Below, in pieces: positions 1 through 10,795 of a stretch of 64,000 nt of DNA. The stretch is from Polyangiales bacterium (GTDB lineage Bacteria > Myxococcota_A > Polyangia > Polyangiales > Houyiibacteriaceae), in contig JBGCFM010000039.1 of NCBI GenBank assembly GCA_045106895.1, positions 6,575 to 70,574 of the forward strand, written 5' to 3'. Made by a program: the position numbers and the translations under genes. The notes under the pieces were generated by a model that was given only the letters and a program-made list of their open reading frames with translations, ran no database searches and had not been told where the DNA came from. Within the stretch, counting starts at the first letter, position 1; the number at the start of each line of letters is the position of its first letter.

Positions 1-2
1 AA

Positions 3-416
3 CCGGGCGACGCCGGTGACTCAAGCGTCGTGATCGGACTGGGCGTCGTCGACTTCACGGCTGCGAATGACGGGGATGACGCCGAGCTCGTCGCGGGTCC
101 TCAGGGCGGATGGCACGTCGACATCGCGCTTCGTCTATTCAATGTCGAGCCTGACGGCGCGCTTCTAACCCTCCAGGGATTCGACGCCGGCAGTGGCGAT
201 GCGTTGACGGTCCCCATCGCACGTCGCCTCACCCGTTCCCGGGTTCGGCGTGTCGACGATCATTGGCTACGTCTCGGTGACCAAATGGTCTTCGACGTCG
301 GCGACCCGGCAGAGGTGACCGGCCGAGACGTGCGCCTCACAGCGACCATCGCGGAGGCCGAAGGTCGCGAGACAAGCGGAGAGCTACGGGTCCACATCGT
401 CGACGACGTGGAATGA
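3..416 (+). CDS. Hypothetical protein, C-terminal part (reading frame is open to the window start, so the gene is 5'-truncated)
   Basis: The frame of ORF 30..416 has no stop back to nt 3. Its stop overlaps the next start (ATGA at 413-416), which suggests translational coupling. No recognisable motif. Confidence 0.5.
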   Translation, partial: PGDAGDSSVVIGLGVVDFTAANDGDDAELVAGPQGGWHVDIALRLFNVEPDGALLTLQGFDAGSGDALTVPIARRLTRSRVRRVDDHWLRLGDQMVFDVGDPAEVTGRDVRLTATIAEAEGRETSGELRVHIVDDVE

Positions 417-1723
417 ACTCCGCCTGCATCTCCTTCGGACTCGTGCTCTTGTCCTGCTGGGCCTGCGCCTGCAGCCGTGAAACAGCGGAATCACCGGAGG
501 CCATCGAACCTGCGGACGAAGCGCCTTCCACGCCGCCCGCACCTCTCCCTCCATCCGTACACACGGAAACGAACGATGGCCTCGGCGCGGAGCCGTTCAC
601 CCTCTGGATCGGCGGAGACGTCATGAGCTCCGCGCAGATTCGTGACGCCGCTGCCGATGCAACCACGCCCGCCGAGGGCATTGCCGCGATGTTTGAGTCG
701 TTGTCCCCGCTCTGGCAGCCACCAGGCCACTTCGTCATGGTGAACCTGGAGACGCCCGCGACGGCCAGACGACGCGTTGCCTATCAAGAGGACGGCGCCG
801 TTCCTCAAGGGCGTTACGCAGCGGTGCGACTCAACGCGCCCCCCTACCTCGTCGAAGGCCTGCGCCTCGCGGGCGTCGATGCGGTCTCCTTGGCGAACAA
901 CCATGCCCTCGACCAAGGCCACGAGGGGCTTCGGGAGACCATCGAGCACGCCAGGGGCGCTGGGTTGGTGGTCAGCGGAGCAGGCCGCTACCACGACGAC
1001 GGCCCCGCGAACCACTGGCCGATCACGCTGGGGCAAGACGACACGGAGCTCAGCGTCTTCAACTTCTACGATGCGCCAAGGCGGGCACTTCCGGATTCCG
1101 GTGAGCTGTCCTTGGCGCTGGTCAACGAGCGCGCCTTCGAGAGCGTTGAGGCGTGCGCCTCTGCGCACGTCGTGGTCGTCGTGCACGTCCTTGGGGAGCT
1201 CGTCCGTGAAGTCGAAGACGAGTGGCGCGTGTGGGCAGAGCGCTTTATCGATGCCGGCGCGTCGACCATCATCGTCCACGGCACCCACGTCCCCATGGCC
1301 GTCGAGCGCATGCAGCGAAACGGAAAAGAGGTGGTCGTCGCATGGGGCCTTGGAAACCTGCTCACGGACATGGGTCGCATGGCGAGCCCAAGGCGGCGCG
1401 TGACTGCAAAGATCAACGATCCCGAAACCCGCGAAGGGCTCCTCGCGCGCATCACGTCCAGCGCCGACGGCTTGGACGTGGCGTTCCTCCCGGTGTTCGA
1501 AACCGATGATCGGTTCATCCGCTGGCATGGGTCCATGCCGCCCGGTGAATCCACGTTCTGGCTCCGTCCGCTGACGGCGTGCGACCCCGCCGTAGACCTC
1601 CCTGCGAGCTGGCCAGAACCTTACCGCACAGAGTACGCGGACTGGCTCAGCGCGCGACGCGAACACATGGTGGAAGCCACCGGGCTGCGAAGCGAGAGTT
1701 GTCCGTCGGGTTTGCTGCGATGA
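413..1723 (+). CDS. CapA/PGA_cap family metallophosphatase-like lipoprotein
   Basis: N-terminal signal/lipobox-like LLSCWACAC. CapA-type motifs NLETP and LANNHALDQG. ATGA overlaps at both ends (413-416 and 1720-1723). Confidence 0.8.
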   Translation: MNSACISFGLVLLSCWACACSRETAESPEAIEPADEAPSTPPAPLPPSVHTETNDGLGAEPFTLWIGGDVMSSAQIRDAAADATTPAEGIAAMFESLSPLWQPPGHFVMVNLETPATARRRVAYQEDGAVPQGRYAAVRLNAPPYLVEGLRLAGVDAVSLANNHALDQGHEGLRETIEHARGAGLVVSGAGRYHDDGPANHWPITLGQDDTELSVFNFYDAPRRALPDSGELSLALVNERAFESVEACASAHVVVVVHVLGELVREVEDEWRVWAERFIDAGASTIIVHGTHVPMAVERMQRNGKEVVVAWGLGNLLTDMGRMASPRRRVTAKINDPETREGLLARITSSADGLDVAFLPVFETDDRFIRWHGSMPPGESTFWLRPLTACDPAVDLPASWPEPYRTEYADWLSARREHMVEATGLRSESCPSGLLR

Positions 1724-3048
1724 CTCAGCCGTCGCGCTCGCTCGGGTGGATGAGCGCTGCGCAGCTCGTCGTCGCGAGCATGGTTGGGACTGGCATCTTC
1801 ACGGGGTCCGGCTACTTCTTGGGGGATCTCCCGTCTGCGCCGGCGCTCCTCATCGGCTGGCTCCTCGGGGGCCTTCTCTCCCTCGCCGGCGCCCTCGCCT
1901 ACGGCGAACTCTGCGCAGCCCTCCCCCAAAACGGCGGCGAATATGCCCTCCTCTCGCGCATCTATGGCCCTCGCATCGGGCACGCAGCCGGCGTCATCTC
2001 AATCGTCGCGGGCTTCGCCGGCTCCATCGCCGCCGGCGCCCACGCGCTTGGTGAGTACGGGCTGCGCGCCGCCGGAATGAACGACGACAACGCTCTCCTT
2101 GTCGCCGTCCTTGCCCTCATCGTCATGAGCGTAGTTCACCTCCTGCCAATGCGGCGGGGAATGGCGGGACAGAATTTGTTCACCGCCGTAAAAGTCTTCC
2201 TGAGCCTCGGCATGGCGTCCGCGCTCATCGCGAATGGTGACGTTGGTCGCATCGACGACGCGTCGATCCCTTTGAACGACGCGCTCCTCCGGCCAAGCTT
2301 TGCCGGCGGCCTCGTGTACATCGCCTTTGCCTACACCGGTTGGAACGCAGCCGCGTATGTAGCCGGAGAGACCGTGGAGGCTCAACGCAACGTGCCGCGG
2401 GCGCTCTTCGCCGGGACCCTCCTCGTCACCACCCTCTACCTGCTCTTCAACGTTGGATTCCTCGCCTCCGCGCCGCTCTCGGTTTTGGGCGGCGAAGCCG
2501 ATGTGGCGTACGTGGCGGCGCGAGAGTCTTTGGGTGAACCCGCCGCTCGTGGCCTCAGCGCTCTCATCGCGTTCGGACTGCTCTCTACCATGGGTGCGAT
2601 GATCATGACGGGGGCCCGCGTGCTCGAGGCGATGGGCCGACGTGACCCTCGCCTCGCGTCCTTGGTCAGGCGCGGCCCAAGTGAACAGCCCAAGGCCGCT
2701 GTGCTCTTCGTTGCCGGCCTCTCTCTTCTACTGACGCTCAGTGGGGAGCTTCGGGACCTCATCGTGTACGTCGGTGTCACGCTCTCCCTCAGCGCCCTAC
2801 TCACCGTCGCGGGCGTCTTCGTATTGAGGCGCCGCCAGCCGGAGCTCGTGCGCCCCTATCGCTGTCTCGGCTACCCTCTAACGCCCCTCGTGTTCTGCGT
2901 TTTCTCCGTCTGGATGATCGTCTTCGCGTGTTTGGAGACCCCCAAAGCAGCCGCCGGCGGAGGTCTCACGCTCGCCCTGGCGCTCATCACCTATCGGAAG
3001 CGCCCGGACAACTCTGAATCACGCACTAGCGCGTGCGAATCGAAATGA
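1720..3048 (+). CDS. APC-superfamily amino acid permease
   Basis: About 12 predicted hydrophobic helices. N-terminal [11 protein letters not shown] motif typical of APC transporters. Start chosen at the ATG that overlaps the upstream stop (ATGA). The track ORF 1579.. is an upstream extension. Confidence 0.85.
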   Translation: MTQPSRSLGWMSAAQLVVASMVGTGIFTGSGYFLGDLPSAPALLIGWLLGGLLSLAGALAYGELCAALPQNGGEYALLSRIYGPRIGHAAGVISIVAGFAGSIAAGAHALGEYGLRAAGMNDDNALLVAVLALIVMSVVHLLPMRRGMAGQNLFTAVKVFLSLGMASALIANGDVGRIDDASIPLNDALLRPSFAGGLVYIAFAYTGWNAAAYVAGETVEAQRNVPRALFAGTLLVTTLYLLFNVGFLASAPLSVLGGEADVAYVAARESLGEPAARGLSALIAFGLLSTMGAMIMTGARVLEAMGRRDPRLASLVRRGPSEQPKAAVLFVAGLSLLLTLSGELRDLIVYVGVTLSLSALLTVAGVFVLRRRQPELVRPYRCLGYPLTPLVFCVFSVWMIVFACLETPKAAAGGGLTLALALITYRKRPDNSESRTSACESK

Positions 3049-4483
3049 AGAGCGCGCCGCGTCCTCGCTGCACGCGAAGCAGCGCGCTTCCATCACGCAG
3101 CGCCGCGTGAATCGCTCTCGGGTCACGAACGCGTCTCCGGTCGACGGCCACGATGACGTCGTTCTGCATCAGCCCCGCACGGCCCGCCGCGCTTCCGGCC
3201 TGAACACCCACGACGCGGACTCCGCGTCGCCCTGGCTCCAGCACCATTCCGAAGCGGTCGGGCTGCGGAGTGCGGGAGGGCCGCGCGTCCTCGCTCGCGC
3301 CTGGACGCTGGCCCGTCTGAACCTGAATCGAGCGCGTACGACCATCACGGATCACCGAGAGCCGCAGCGTGGCGCCTATCGGAGATGCCAAGACACGCCG
3401 GATCAAGTCGTTCGTCGCTTGCAAGGGGCTGCCGTTCACCCGGGTGATCACATCTCCGGCCTGGAGCCCAGACCCCGCCGCCGGACCATCCGGATCAACG
3501 CCGGCCACCAATGCGCCACGCGTATTCGGTGGTGCGCGCACGTGACGCGCAAGGGCTGGAGTCAGCTCCTGAAAAGAGACCCCCACGTAGGCGCGGCGCA
3601 CCTCACCCCCATCGATAATCTGCGACGCGACCTGGTCCGCCAACTCGCTCACCACGGCGAAACCGATCCCGCTCCCTCGGCCGACGATCATCGTGTTGAT
3701 GCCGATCACCTCACCGCGAAGGTTCAGCAAGGGCCCACCGCTGTTGCCCGGGTTGATGCTCGCGTCGGTCTGAACGTAGTCTTCGATCTCGTTCATCCCG
3801 ACGCCCCCACGCCCCAGAGCGCTCACGATACCCGCCGTCACGGTGTAGTCGAGGCCGAAGGGAGAGCCGACGGCGATGGCCCATTCACCGACGCGAATGG
3901 CATCCCGACGCGCAAAACTCGCCGCCGGTAACCCCCGAGCGTCGATTTTGATCACAGCGAGATCCGTCGCGGGATCCGTTCCTACAACCTCCGCGGGGAA
4001 CGTTCGCCCGTCGTGAAGACGAACTTCAATGGCCGACGCCGTCCCCACCACGTGGTTGTTGGTCAGGATGTGGCCGTCGGCGCGGAACACAACGCCGGAA
4101 CCACCTCCACGAACCGTCTCGGAGCGTCCGAAATGGCGGCTTCTTCTCTGCGCTTCTACTTGTATCGACACGACGCTATCCGCCGAACGTTCCGCGACGC
4201 TGGCGAAGGCATCGCCCAGCTGCGTGGCAAAGGCGATGGCTCGCGCATCTTGGGCAGGCTGCGCAGCGGCCGGCGCCACGCCCATCAGAAGGAGCAGCAC
4301 GAGGCACACAAACGACGAAGCCACCCTACGAGGAGGCTCGGCGGGGAGGCGGAAACGAAGTCGACTCGTGGGAGCCGGCGAAGGGGAAGAGGATGGATTC
4401 ATGGGCGGGTCTCGTGTGTTGAAACGTCCAAAGACCAAATTCATTCGACGCACACCCGATTTTAAGTGCGCGCGATGCGGCAA
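3026..4483 (-). CDS. HtrA/DegP-family periplasmic serine protease with two PDZ domains
   Basis: Trypsin-like triad context (TNNHVV ... GNSGGPLLN). Signal peptide [17 protein letters not shown]. Two C-terminal PDZ-like segments. The true start may be an internal ATG (4444 or 4402), because 4483 leaves only 8 nt before the divergent gene. Confidence 0.88.
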   Translation of the reverse strand: MPHRAHLKSGVRRMNLVFGRFNTRDPPMNPSSSPSPAPTSRLRFRLPAEPPRRVASSFVCLVLLLLMGVAPAAAQPAQDARAIAFATQLGDAFASVAERSADSVVSIQVEAQRRSRHFGRSETVRGGGSGVVFRADGHILTNNHVVGTASAIEVRLHDGRTFPAEVVGTDPATDLAVIKIDARGLPAASFARRDAIRVGEWAIAVGSPFGLDYTVTAGIVSALGRGGVGMNEIEDYVQTDASINPGNSGGPLLNLRGEVIGINTMIVGRGSGIGFAVVSELADQVASQIIDGGEVRRAYVGVSFQELTPALARHVRAPPNTRGALVAGVDPDGPAAGSGLQAGDVITRVNGSPLQATNDLIRRVLASPIGATLRLSVIRDGRTRSIQVQTGQRPGASEDARPSRTPQPDRFGMVLEPGRRGVRVVGVQAGSAAGRAGLMQNDVIVAVDRRRVRDPRAIHAALRDGSALLRVQRGRGALFISIRTR

Positions 4484-4491
4484 GCGCTGCT

Positions 4492-6381
4492 GTGTACATG
4501 CTACAGCGGCGTATGGACCTCGTCCAAACGCCTAAGCGTTACCTGCGCGCGCCGCGTTTTCGAAACGTCGACGGCGAGCTCTTCCTCGACTGCCTAGCTT
4601 GGCATCCCGGAGACAAGGATGCGCCTGAAGCGATAGTTCGGTGGTCTCTCAACGCGAGCGGTGAACCTCAGGAGTCACGCACTCTTCGCCGCGCCGCCGC
4701 CCTGATGACCCACGAAGGCGACGCGCTCCGTGAAGCGCGTTTCGTCAGCGACGAAGGCGAAGTCGAGATCACGCACAACGGCGGTATCGCCGAGGTGTGG
4801 CTTCGCGCACCCACGCAGCTCTTGATTTGGCGCGCTCGCGGCATCGCCTCGTCCCCTTCCCTCGTCGCGAGCGACGACTCTCTTTACGTGGCTTGGCATC
4901 ACAACGTGCGCGAGGACACCGGAGTCGCCGACGTCGCCAAGTGGATCACCCTTCGCTGCATTCGCGGCGAAGAAGTCCTCGAGCCTTCTGCGCCGATGAC
5001 GGGTCGCGACCGGGACCTCGACGGCGAAGAGCAGTCCTTTGAGTTTCCCGAACTCGTCGTCGGTACGGACGGGGCCCTCGCGCTCTTTGGGCGCGGCTCT
5101 CACAACCATTGGCGCCAAGACCTAAACGCCAGCGGCTATTCGGAACGCGCTTCGCTGAGTGACGGACAGTGGGGAAGCCGTGGCCGACGTTGCGTCGCAG
5201 CGCTTGTCGACGCCAAGACTCTTGTATGTGCGCGACGTGACCGTCGCGCCATCATCGTCACAACCATGGACGCGCCGAGCGGCGGCGCTCCTTCGTGGAC
5301 TCGCGCGAAAGTCGACTGCGCCGCACAGCCAGCGACCGCGATGGAAGCACGCGAAGACCCGGCGGCGCGACATGGGCTTCAAACTTGTTTTGGGGACATC
5401 CAACAGCACAGCGCGCATAGCGACGGAATCGGCAGCGCCGATGAAGCCTACCTGCGAGCTCGCGATCACTACGGAGACGACTTCGTAGCGCTCACGGACC
5501 ATGAGTCGTTTCTTGGAAAACGGACCGGTCCTGGCGAGTGGGAGTACCTCAAGTCCGTCGCGGACCGCTTCGATTCGCCTGGCAGCTTCGCGACGCTCCT
5601 CGCGTACGAGTGGACGGGCAAGATGTACCCCGGCCCTGGGCACAAGTGTGTGTACGTCCCCAAGAGAGACAGCCCGCTTATCTCCCGCGACGAAGTGCCC
5701 AACGGAAGAGAGTTCGTCCAGCTCGCTGTCGAGCACGGGATGCTGGCCTCACCACATCACATCGGCTGGACCGGGTGCGACGAAGACGGCCACGATCCCG
5801 TGGGTCAGCCGACATGGGAAATCTGCTCGTGCCATGGCTGCTATGAACACGCCGACCACCCGCTGGGGCAGCGCGGAGAGCACACCCACCAGCTCGTTGA
5901 TGCGATGCTTGCGAAGGGACACCGCTTCGGCTTCACGGCGTCGAGCGACAGCCATGGGCTTCTATGGCATCACGGCGAGAGCCGGAAGCGCGATCCTTAC
6001 CGAACAGGACTCACGGCGGTGCAGGTTTCCAGCCTGAATCGCGACGCAGTCTTCGAGGCGCTTAAGGCAAGGCGCTGCTACGCGACGAGTGGTGCAAAGA
6101 TCCTTCTCGATTTCACCGTCGACGGACACCCCATGGGAAGCGAGTTGGGCGCGCGGCGTGGACGCGCCGAAGGGAGCGTCCGTGGCACCAGCGAACTCGC
6201 TCGCGTGGAGCTCGTCGCCCAAAGCGGCGTCGTCGCCAGCGCGCCGCTAGATCGCGATAGTCGCGAAGCAGACTTCGCCTTCGACGTCGAAGGCCTGCCC
6301 TACGTCTACCTGCGTGTCGTCCAGTCCGACGGTGAGATGGCGTGGTCGAGCCCCGTGTTCTTCGACGCCGCCGGCAAGTAG
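4492..6381 (+). CDS. PHP-domain / CehA-McbA-like metallohydrolase with N-terminal beta-rich domain
   Basis: Metal-binding motifs HSAHSDG, ALTDHE and SSDSHG in the C-terminal half. Confidence 0.7.
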   Translation: MYMLQRRMDLVQTPKRYLRAPRFRNVDGELFLDCLAWHPGDKDAPEAIVRWSLNASGEPQESRTLRRAAALMTHEGDALREARFVSDEGEVEITHNGGIAEVWLRAPTQLLIWRARGIASSPSLVASDDSLYVAWHHNVREDTGVADVAKWITLRCIRGEEVLEPSAPMTGRDRDLDGEEQSFEFPELVVGTDGALALFGRGSHNHWRQDLNASGYSERASLSDGQWGSRGRRCVAALVDAKTLVCARRDRRAIIVTTMDAPSGGAPSWTRAKVDCAAQPATAMEAREDPAARHGLQTCFGDIQQHSAHSDGIGSADEAYLRARDHYGDDFVALTDHESFLGKRTGPGEWEYLKSVADRFDSPGSFATLLAYEWTGKMYPGPGHKCVYVPKRDSPLISRDEVPNGREFVQLAVEHGMLASPHHIGWTGCDEDGHDPVGQPTWEICSCHGCYEHADHPLGQRGEHTHQLVDAMLAKGHRFGFTASSDSHGLLWHHGESRKRDPYRTGLTAVQVSSLNRDAVFEALKARRCYATSGAKILLDFTVDGHPMGSELGARRGRAEGSVRGTSELARVELVAQSGVVASAPLDRDSREADFAFDVEGLPYVYLRVVQSDGEMAWSSPVFFDAAGK

Positions 6382-6388
6382 CGCACAA

Positions 6389-6423
6389 TTGAAAACGCCG
6401 CGCTCCCAGGTGGGACGCGGCGT
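6389..6423 (-). terminator. Probable intrinsic terminator of the DksA-like gene
   Basis: On the minus strand, ACGCCGCGTCCC-ACCT-GGGAGCGCGGCGT forms a 12-bp GC stem with one bulge, followed by TTTTCAATT. It lies 21 nt after the stop. Confidence 0.55.
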
Positions 6424-6444
6424 CGTCGAATGAGCCGGGGACTC

Positions 6445-6873
6445 TCAGCTCTGGTGCTGTTTGCGCTCGCGCTCGACCTGCTCTTTGTACTCCACGGAGT
6501 AGCGGGTCCAAGGCCGAAGCTCCAAGCGCTTCAGGTTGATGGGCTCGCCGGTTCCTTCGCAAACGCCGTACTCACCTTCCTCGAACTTCTCGAGGGCTGT
6601 GGCGATCTGAACGAGGAGCTTTCGCTCCTTGTCAGCGAAACGCATAAGGTACGCCTGTTCCGTGTGTCGCTGCGCGACATCCATCTCATCGCTGAGCGGG
6701 TCCACGTTGGAAATCGCGTCGGAGAGGTGCTCACCGAGTCCCTGCATGACCGTGTCACGCTTCGCGAGGAGAGCGTCGTAGAGACCCTTCACCTGCTTTT
6801 TGGTCAGCTTCGCGTCAGGATGAGCCTCTGGCTCAAACTTGGGCGTTTCTGTGCTTTTTTTCTTCGTCGCCAT
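6445..6873 (-). CDS. DksA/TraR-family RNA-polymerase-binding factor (Zn-finger cysteines mostly replaced)
   Basis: Coiled-coil region with tip motif DEMDVA (DxxDxA). The C-terminal YGVCEGTGEPI...RYSVEYKEQ aligns to the DksA C4 finger but keeps only 1 Cys. Start taken at MATKKK (ATG 6873). Confidence 0.75.
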   Translation of the reverse strand: MATKKKSTETPKFEPEAHPDAKLTKKQVKGLYDALLAKRDTVMQGLGEHLSDAISNVDPLSDEMDVAQRHTEQAYLMRFADKERKLLVQIATALEKFEEGEYGVCEGTGEPINLKRLELRPWTRYSVEYKEQVERERKQHQS

Positions 6874-7061
6874 GTGTGCTCCCCCCGCAGATCTTGATTC
6901 TGGGGCGGGATGAAATGCCATGCATCGGCCGCGGATGCAATGGCAAGAACGGGTAGACCCCCAGACCTGTGCCAAAATGGGCAATTATTATTTCATTAGG
7001 CGTCTAAAACGGCACCTTTGGGTTTCAATAAGTTCGGCGAGCCGGCATAATCGGAGTCAGA

Positions 7062-7574
7062 ATGGCAACAAAGGACGCCCTCGACCACGAAGATGACCAG
7101 GAATTGGTGTGGCACGTGCGCGATTCCGGGTGGCGCGAGGCCGAATGGGACTGTCTCTACGTGGTTCAGCACACCGGCCACGCCGACGACGACCGCATCG
7201 ATGGCTTTATCGCCAACGTGGAGCGTTTCCTCGCAAAGCGTTCACGGGCCGGCTTGCTTGTGTTGCCTGGACTCCAAGTGCGCCCCCCGTCGGCAGCAGC
7301 CCGAAAACGCGCCATCGCGATGATGAAGAGCAACCAAGGCACGCTCCAGGGCGCCGCGCTTTGGAGCCCCGCGGAGGGCATGTTCGCGTCGGCGATCCGC
7401 AGCGTCACCACCGCCATCTTTGCATTCGGTGCGCCGTGGCTAAAAGCAAAGGTGTGTGGCGACCGTGCCGCCCTCGTCACCTGGGCGAGCGAGTTTTCCA
7501 AGCGGAGCTCCGCAGACGTCGACGCGATGCTCGATGTCGTGTTCGGAGACCTCCCGGGCAAAACTCAGATGTGA
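7062..7574 (+). CDS. Hypothetical protein
   Basis: 170-aa ORF with protein-like composition downstream of an AT-rich promoter-like region. No motif recognised. Confidence 0.5.
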   Translation: MATKDALDHEDDQELVWHVRDSGWREAEWDCLYVVQHTGHADDDRIDGFIANVERFLAKRSRAGLLVLPGLQVRPPSAAARKRAIAMMKSNQGTLQGAALWSPAEGMFASAIRSVTTAIFAFGAPWLKAKVCGDRAALVTWASEFSKRSSADVDAMLDVVFGDLPGKTQM

Positions 7575-7600
7575 AATCAAGATGCGTGCGTTGCGGGGGT

Positions 7601-8128
7601 ATGGGACGCTGGCGTGTGTCTATTCCGTTCAGCGCATTGCGTATCGCCGTCGTCACCGTGAGCGACTCACGAACCCTTGAGACCGATCGCTCCGGCGACG
7701 TCCTCGCGGAGAGACTGCAAGGCGCCGGGCACCATCTGGCGCAGCGAATCATCATCCCAGACGACATCGCTGAACTCTCTGCGCTCCTCAGAACACTCGC
7801 GGAGGACGCCGGCGTAGATGTCGTCATCACTACCGGCGGCACCGGCGTCACTGGACGCGACATCACCCCCGAGGCTCTCGACGCCGTCGCCACGAAACAC
7901 ATCCCGGGCTTTGGCGAGCTTTTCCGAATGTTGAGCTACGAGAAAATCGGCACATCGACGATTCAGTCGAGAGCGTGCGCCGTCTTGTCCGGAAACACAT
8001 ACATCTTCGCCCTGCCCGGCTCCCCGAGCGCATGCAAAGACGGCTGGGACGGCATCCTCTTGCAACAGCTCGATATCCGCCACCGGCCCTGCAACTTCGC
8101 GGAGCTGATCCCACGTCTCCTCGAGTAG
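7601..8128 (+). CDS. moaB: Molybdenum cofactor biosynthesis protein B (MoaB/MogA family)
   Basis: MoCF_biosynth motifs ITTGGTGVTGRD and PGSPSA. About 175 aa. The 5' part of track ORF 7109..8128 is an out-of-context extension that overlaps the previous gene. Confidence 0.85.
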   Translation: MGRWRVSIPFSALRIAVVTVSDSRTLETDRSGDVLAERLQGAGHHLAQRIIIPDDIAELSALLRTLAEDAGVDVVITTGGTGVTGRDITPEALDAVATKHIPGFGELFRMLSYEKIGTSTIQSRACAVLSGNTYIFALPGSPSACKDGWDGILLQQLDIRHRPCNFAELIPRLLE

Positions 8129-8167
8129 GAGAGCGCTCGAGCTAAGGGGCGCGTGGTAGGGTGACGC

Positions 8168-10012
8168 ATGCGCGGCCTTTCCCTGTTTTGTTTCCTCACT
8201 CTTCTTTGCGCCTGCGGAGATGACGACGGGTCTTCGGACGTAGGCACCTCGGATGTCGGTGCATCGGACGGCGGGGCCGACGTCAGCCACGACGCCGGAA
8301 TCGACGCAGGGTCGGATGGGGGCGCGGGTGACGCCGGTGACGCAGGGAGTGGCGCGGATGCCGGCACGTCGGATACCGGCAGCCCCGACTCCGGCGCGGA
8401 CAGCAGCGTCGACGGCGGCACCGACGCCGGCATAGACGCAACGATCCCGCCTCCGGACTTCCCCGACTTCCCCATCGGCCCCTACGCGAGCGCCCTGACG
8501 ATGCTCGTCGACAGCCTCCTCAGCAACGCCACCTCGTACGATACCTCGACGCGCTACGGCGACAGCGCGGCACAGGGATACGTGCTCCAAGGCATTGGCG
8601 AACTCCTCTGGGCGGCGCGGGACGCATCTCTCGACGGGCGCGACGCACTCATCACGGCGGCCCTCGGCGAGATCGACGAGCTCGAGCGTTCCGCCGACCG
8701 AACGACCGGCGCTGCCCCGGCCTTTGGACTCGTCGACGCTTGGGACGCTTTCGGAGACGGTAGTACAAACCCCGCCTACACCGCCTACACCTGGCAGTCC
8801 GGAATGGTCGCCCTCGGCGTAGCGAAGGTCGCTCGCGTGCTCGTCGACTCCGGTCATCCAGAAGCCACGCGTGTACGCGCTTTCGGCACCGCCCTTGTGG
8901 AGCGCTGGGATGCGCACTTTACGCGCGTCAGCGACGGTGCCTACTGGTGGTATTCGACGACGAGCAACGACGCCATCGCGGTTCACAACACCAGTGCGCT
9001 GATCGCCATGGCGAGTCAGATTCTTGGAGAAATCGGCGGCCCTCCCAGCCTCCTGGATGGTCCCCGCGACGCCGTCGACCTGCTGTGGGCGCGCATGAGA
9101 GGAAACCCCAGCATCGGATATGAATGGAACTACGCCGACGACGGGTACCCGCTGCCGCTCCGAGACGCGGAAGATGTTTCTCATGCACTGGTGACGCTGC
9201 AGCTCATGGCCTTCGCACGAGAACGCGGGTGGTGGAGCGCCACTCAAGCCGCCGGAGTCGCCGTCACCCTCCTGGAGACGATGTGGACGGGGCACCCCGC
9301 GCGCCTGACCGGGCGTGTCGACGGATCCACCGTGAGCGCGTCGCACGAGTATAGGTGGAGCGCATCCGCCGGCATCGGATACGCAGCGCACGGGAACGCG
9401 TCTGGCGGAGACCCCGAGGTTTTCGACGCGGCTTGTTCGCTGCTTTTCTCGACGTACTTGAGCCCATTTGAGCGTCCGCTCGTGGGTGGGCGCACCGATG
9501 CGGGGCGCTCGTATCTTCTCGCGATGCTCGCCTCCCGCCGCCCAGACGCCTTCGCGAACGGAACGCGCTGGCGCATGGTCGCAGGCGCGACGGGAGACGA
9601 CGCGGTACCGAGTGAGCTCCCCGAAGGCGGCGGAGTTCGTTTCTACACCGTCGACTGGTCCGCTCCGAGTGAGCTGAGCGCGGGGCTCACGCTCCCCGCC
9701 CGAAGAGCAACCAGCGCCAGCGCGAACTTCCTCGTGGACCTCGCGGAGCCGTCCGGCCGCGTCATCGTGAGCCTGGTCTACCGAAGCGGCGAAGCCGGCG
9801 CCGTTCAGCAGTGGGACGGAAGCGGATATAGAACCCTCGCCAGCCTCCCCGCGAGCACCGCTCGTGATGGCGACGTGCGATGGATGCGCACCACCTTCGA
9901 ACTAAACGCGACCCGCTTCGACTACCAAAGCGGCGTCGTGGGAACCAACGTGCTTCTTCAGTTCTCGAGCGACGCCGTGGCCCTCCACTCCATCGAAGCG
10001 ACGCCGCTCTAG
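8168..10012 (+). CDS. Secreted or lipoprotein of unknown function with acidic D/G/S/A linker
   Basis: Signal/lipobox-like FLTLLCACG, then about 80 aa of low-complexity D/G/S/A, then a large W/Y-rich globular domain (possibly alpha/alpha-toroid-like, which is a guess). Confidence 0.6.
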   Translation: MRGLSLFCFLTLLCACGDDDGSSDVGTSDVGASDGGADVSHDAGIDAGSDGGAGDAGDAGSGADAGTSDTGSPDSGADSSVDGGTDAGIDATIPPPDFPDFPIGPYASALTMLVDSLLSNATSYDTSTRYGDSAAQGYVLQGIGELLWAARDASLDGRDALITAALGEIDELERSADRTTGAAPAFGLVDAWDAFGDGSTNPAYTAYTWQSGMVALGVAKVARVLVDSGHPEATRVRAFGTALVERWDAHFTRVSDGAYWWYSTTSNDAIAVHNTSALIAMASQILGEIGGPPSLLDGPRDAVDLLWARMRGNPSIGYEWNYADDGYPLPLRDAEDVSHALVTLQLMAFARERGWWSATQAAGVAVTLLETMWTGHPARLTGRVDGSTVSASHEYRWSASAGIGYAAHGNASGGDPEVFDAACSLLFSTYLSPFERPLVGGRTDAGRSYLLAMLASRRPDAFANGTRWRMVAGATGDDAVPSELPEGGGVRFYTVDWSAPSELSAGLTLPARRATSASANFLVDLAEPSGRVIVSLVYRSGEAGAVQQWDGSGYRTLASLPASTARDGDVRWMRTTFELNATRFDYQSGVVGTNVLLQFSSDAVALHSIEATPL

Positions 10013-10758
10013 AGTTCGCTCACCATGGACGCGAAGAGCTCACCAATAGCGAAGACGTCACCAGGCCAACGCGCCGAGACGTAGTTAGCGTCGCGCACGA
10101 CGTGCGTGGCGCTGTGGTCTTTTGCGCCCCCTTTGGCAAAGAGATGGATAGGACCTCGCTCGTAGACCCCGTGCGGCCCCAGCGCCTCGAGAACCTCATC
10201 CTCCACATAGGCTTCGTAGGTGCGGTAGTAACGACCGAGCTTCCACGCCGTCGACAGCCACGCGCTTCGCTCCATGTACTTCGGGAGACACGTCGTCCGT
10301 CGCCCGTAAAGCACAGAGTGGCCCGTCGCAGGATCACGACTGCGCGCGGCGAGGAGCGTGCCGTGACAGACCGCGGCGACGGGTTTGTTCGCGTCGAAGA
10401 ACGCACGAACGACGTCATGAAGCATGGCGCTTTCGAAGTAGGGGCGCATCGCCTTCGCGTGACCACCCGGTAAAAAGAGCGCGTCGAAGTCGTCGGCGTC
10501 GACCTCTTCCCAGCGGAGGGGCGTCGCGAATGCCTCGTCGCGGGTCATCGCCTCATAGTCACGGCGCGCCTCACTCGTGGGGCCAAGCATTCCGAAGATG
10601 ACTCCGTCGAGAACGATGGGATCGGCCCGTCCAGCGACGCCGGTTTCCGTCGCGAAGACAACGTCATGGCCTGCGTCACGCGCAAGTCGCCAAGGTACGC
10701 CCGACTCGCTCGGGTCGAAGTCACGGTCCGGCAGGAGCATGAGAATACGACGGGTCAC
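10009..10758 (-). CDS. DJ-1/PfpI-type class-I glutamine amidotransferase-like protein
   Basis: Nucleophile-elbow motif AAVCHG and overall DJ-1/PfpI-like layout (LLPDRDFDPSE ... FLPGGH). Confidence 0.8.
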   Translation of the reverse strand: MTRRILMLLPDRDFDPSESGVPWRLARDAGHDVVFATETGVAGRADPIVLDGVIFGMLGPTSEARRDYEAMTRDEAFATPLRWEEVDADDFDALFLPGGHAKAMRPYFESAMLHDVVRAFFDANKPVAAVCHGTLLAARSRDPATGHSVLYGRRTTCLPKYMERSAWLSTAWKLGRYYRTYEAYVEDEVLEALGPHGVYERGPIHLFAKGGAKDHSATHVVRDANYVSARWPGDVFAIGELFASMVSEL

Positions 10759-10795
10759 TTCACGTCACTCCATGACGCAGCGCCGTCGAGGCCTG

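Noticed and set aside
491-1666. 391-aa minus-strand ORF antisense to the CapA-family gene
   Set aside because: It lies entirely inside a motif-supported plus-strand gene. Its composition is R/A/G/P-rich, typical of off-frame translation of high-GC DNA, and it has no recognisable motif.
7109-7600. N-terminal extensions of track ORFs. These are moaB 7109.., permease 1579.., DUF47 23156.., YdbT-like 29120.., HD-GYP 34836.., RCC1 ..42517, MBL ..11686, DksA ..6984 and POT ..51384.
   Set aside because: The extensions overlap the preceding gene, or run through a terminator (34836-35195). They are R/P-rich, and the conserved domain begins at a later start that often gives a canonical ATGA/GTGA coupling.
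7667-9391. 574-aa minus-strand ORF spanning moaB and the lipoprotein gene
   Set aside because: It crosses an intergenic region and two supported plus-strand genes. Its composition is R/G/A/V-rich and low-complexity, so it is a high-GC artefact.
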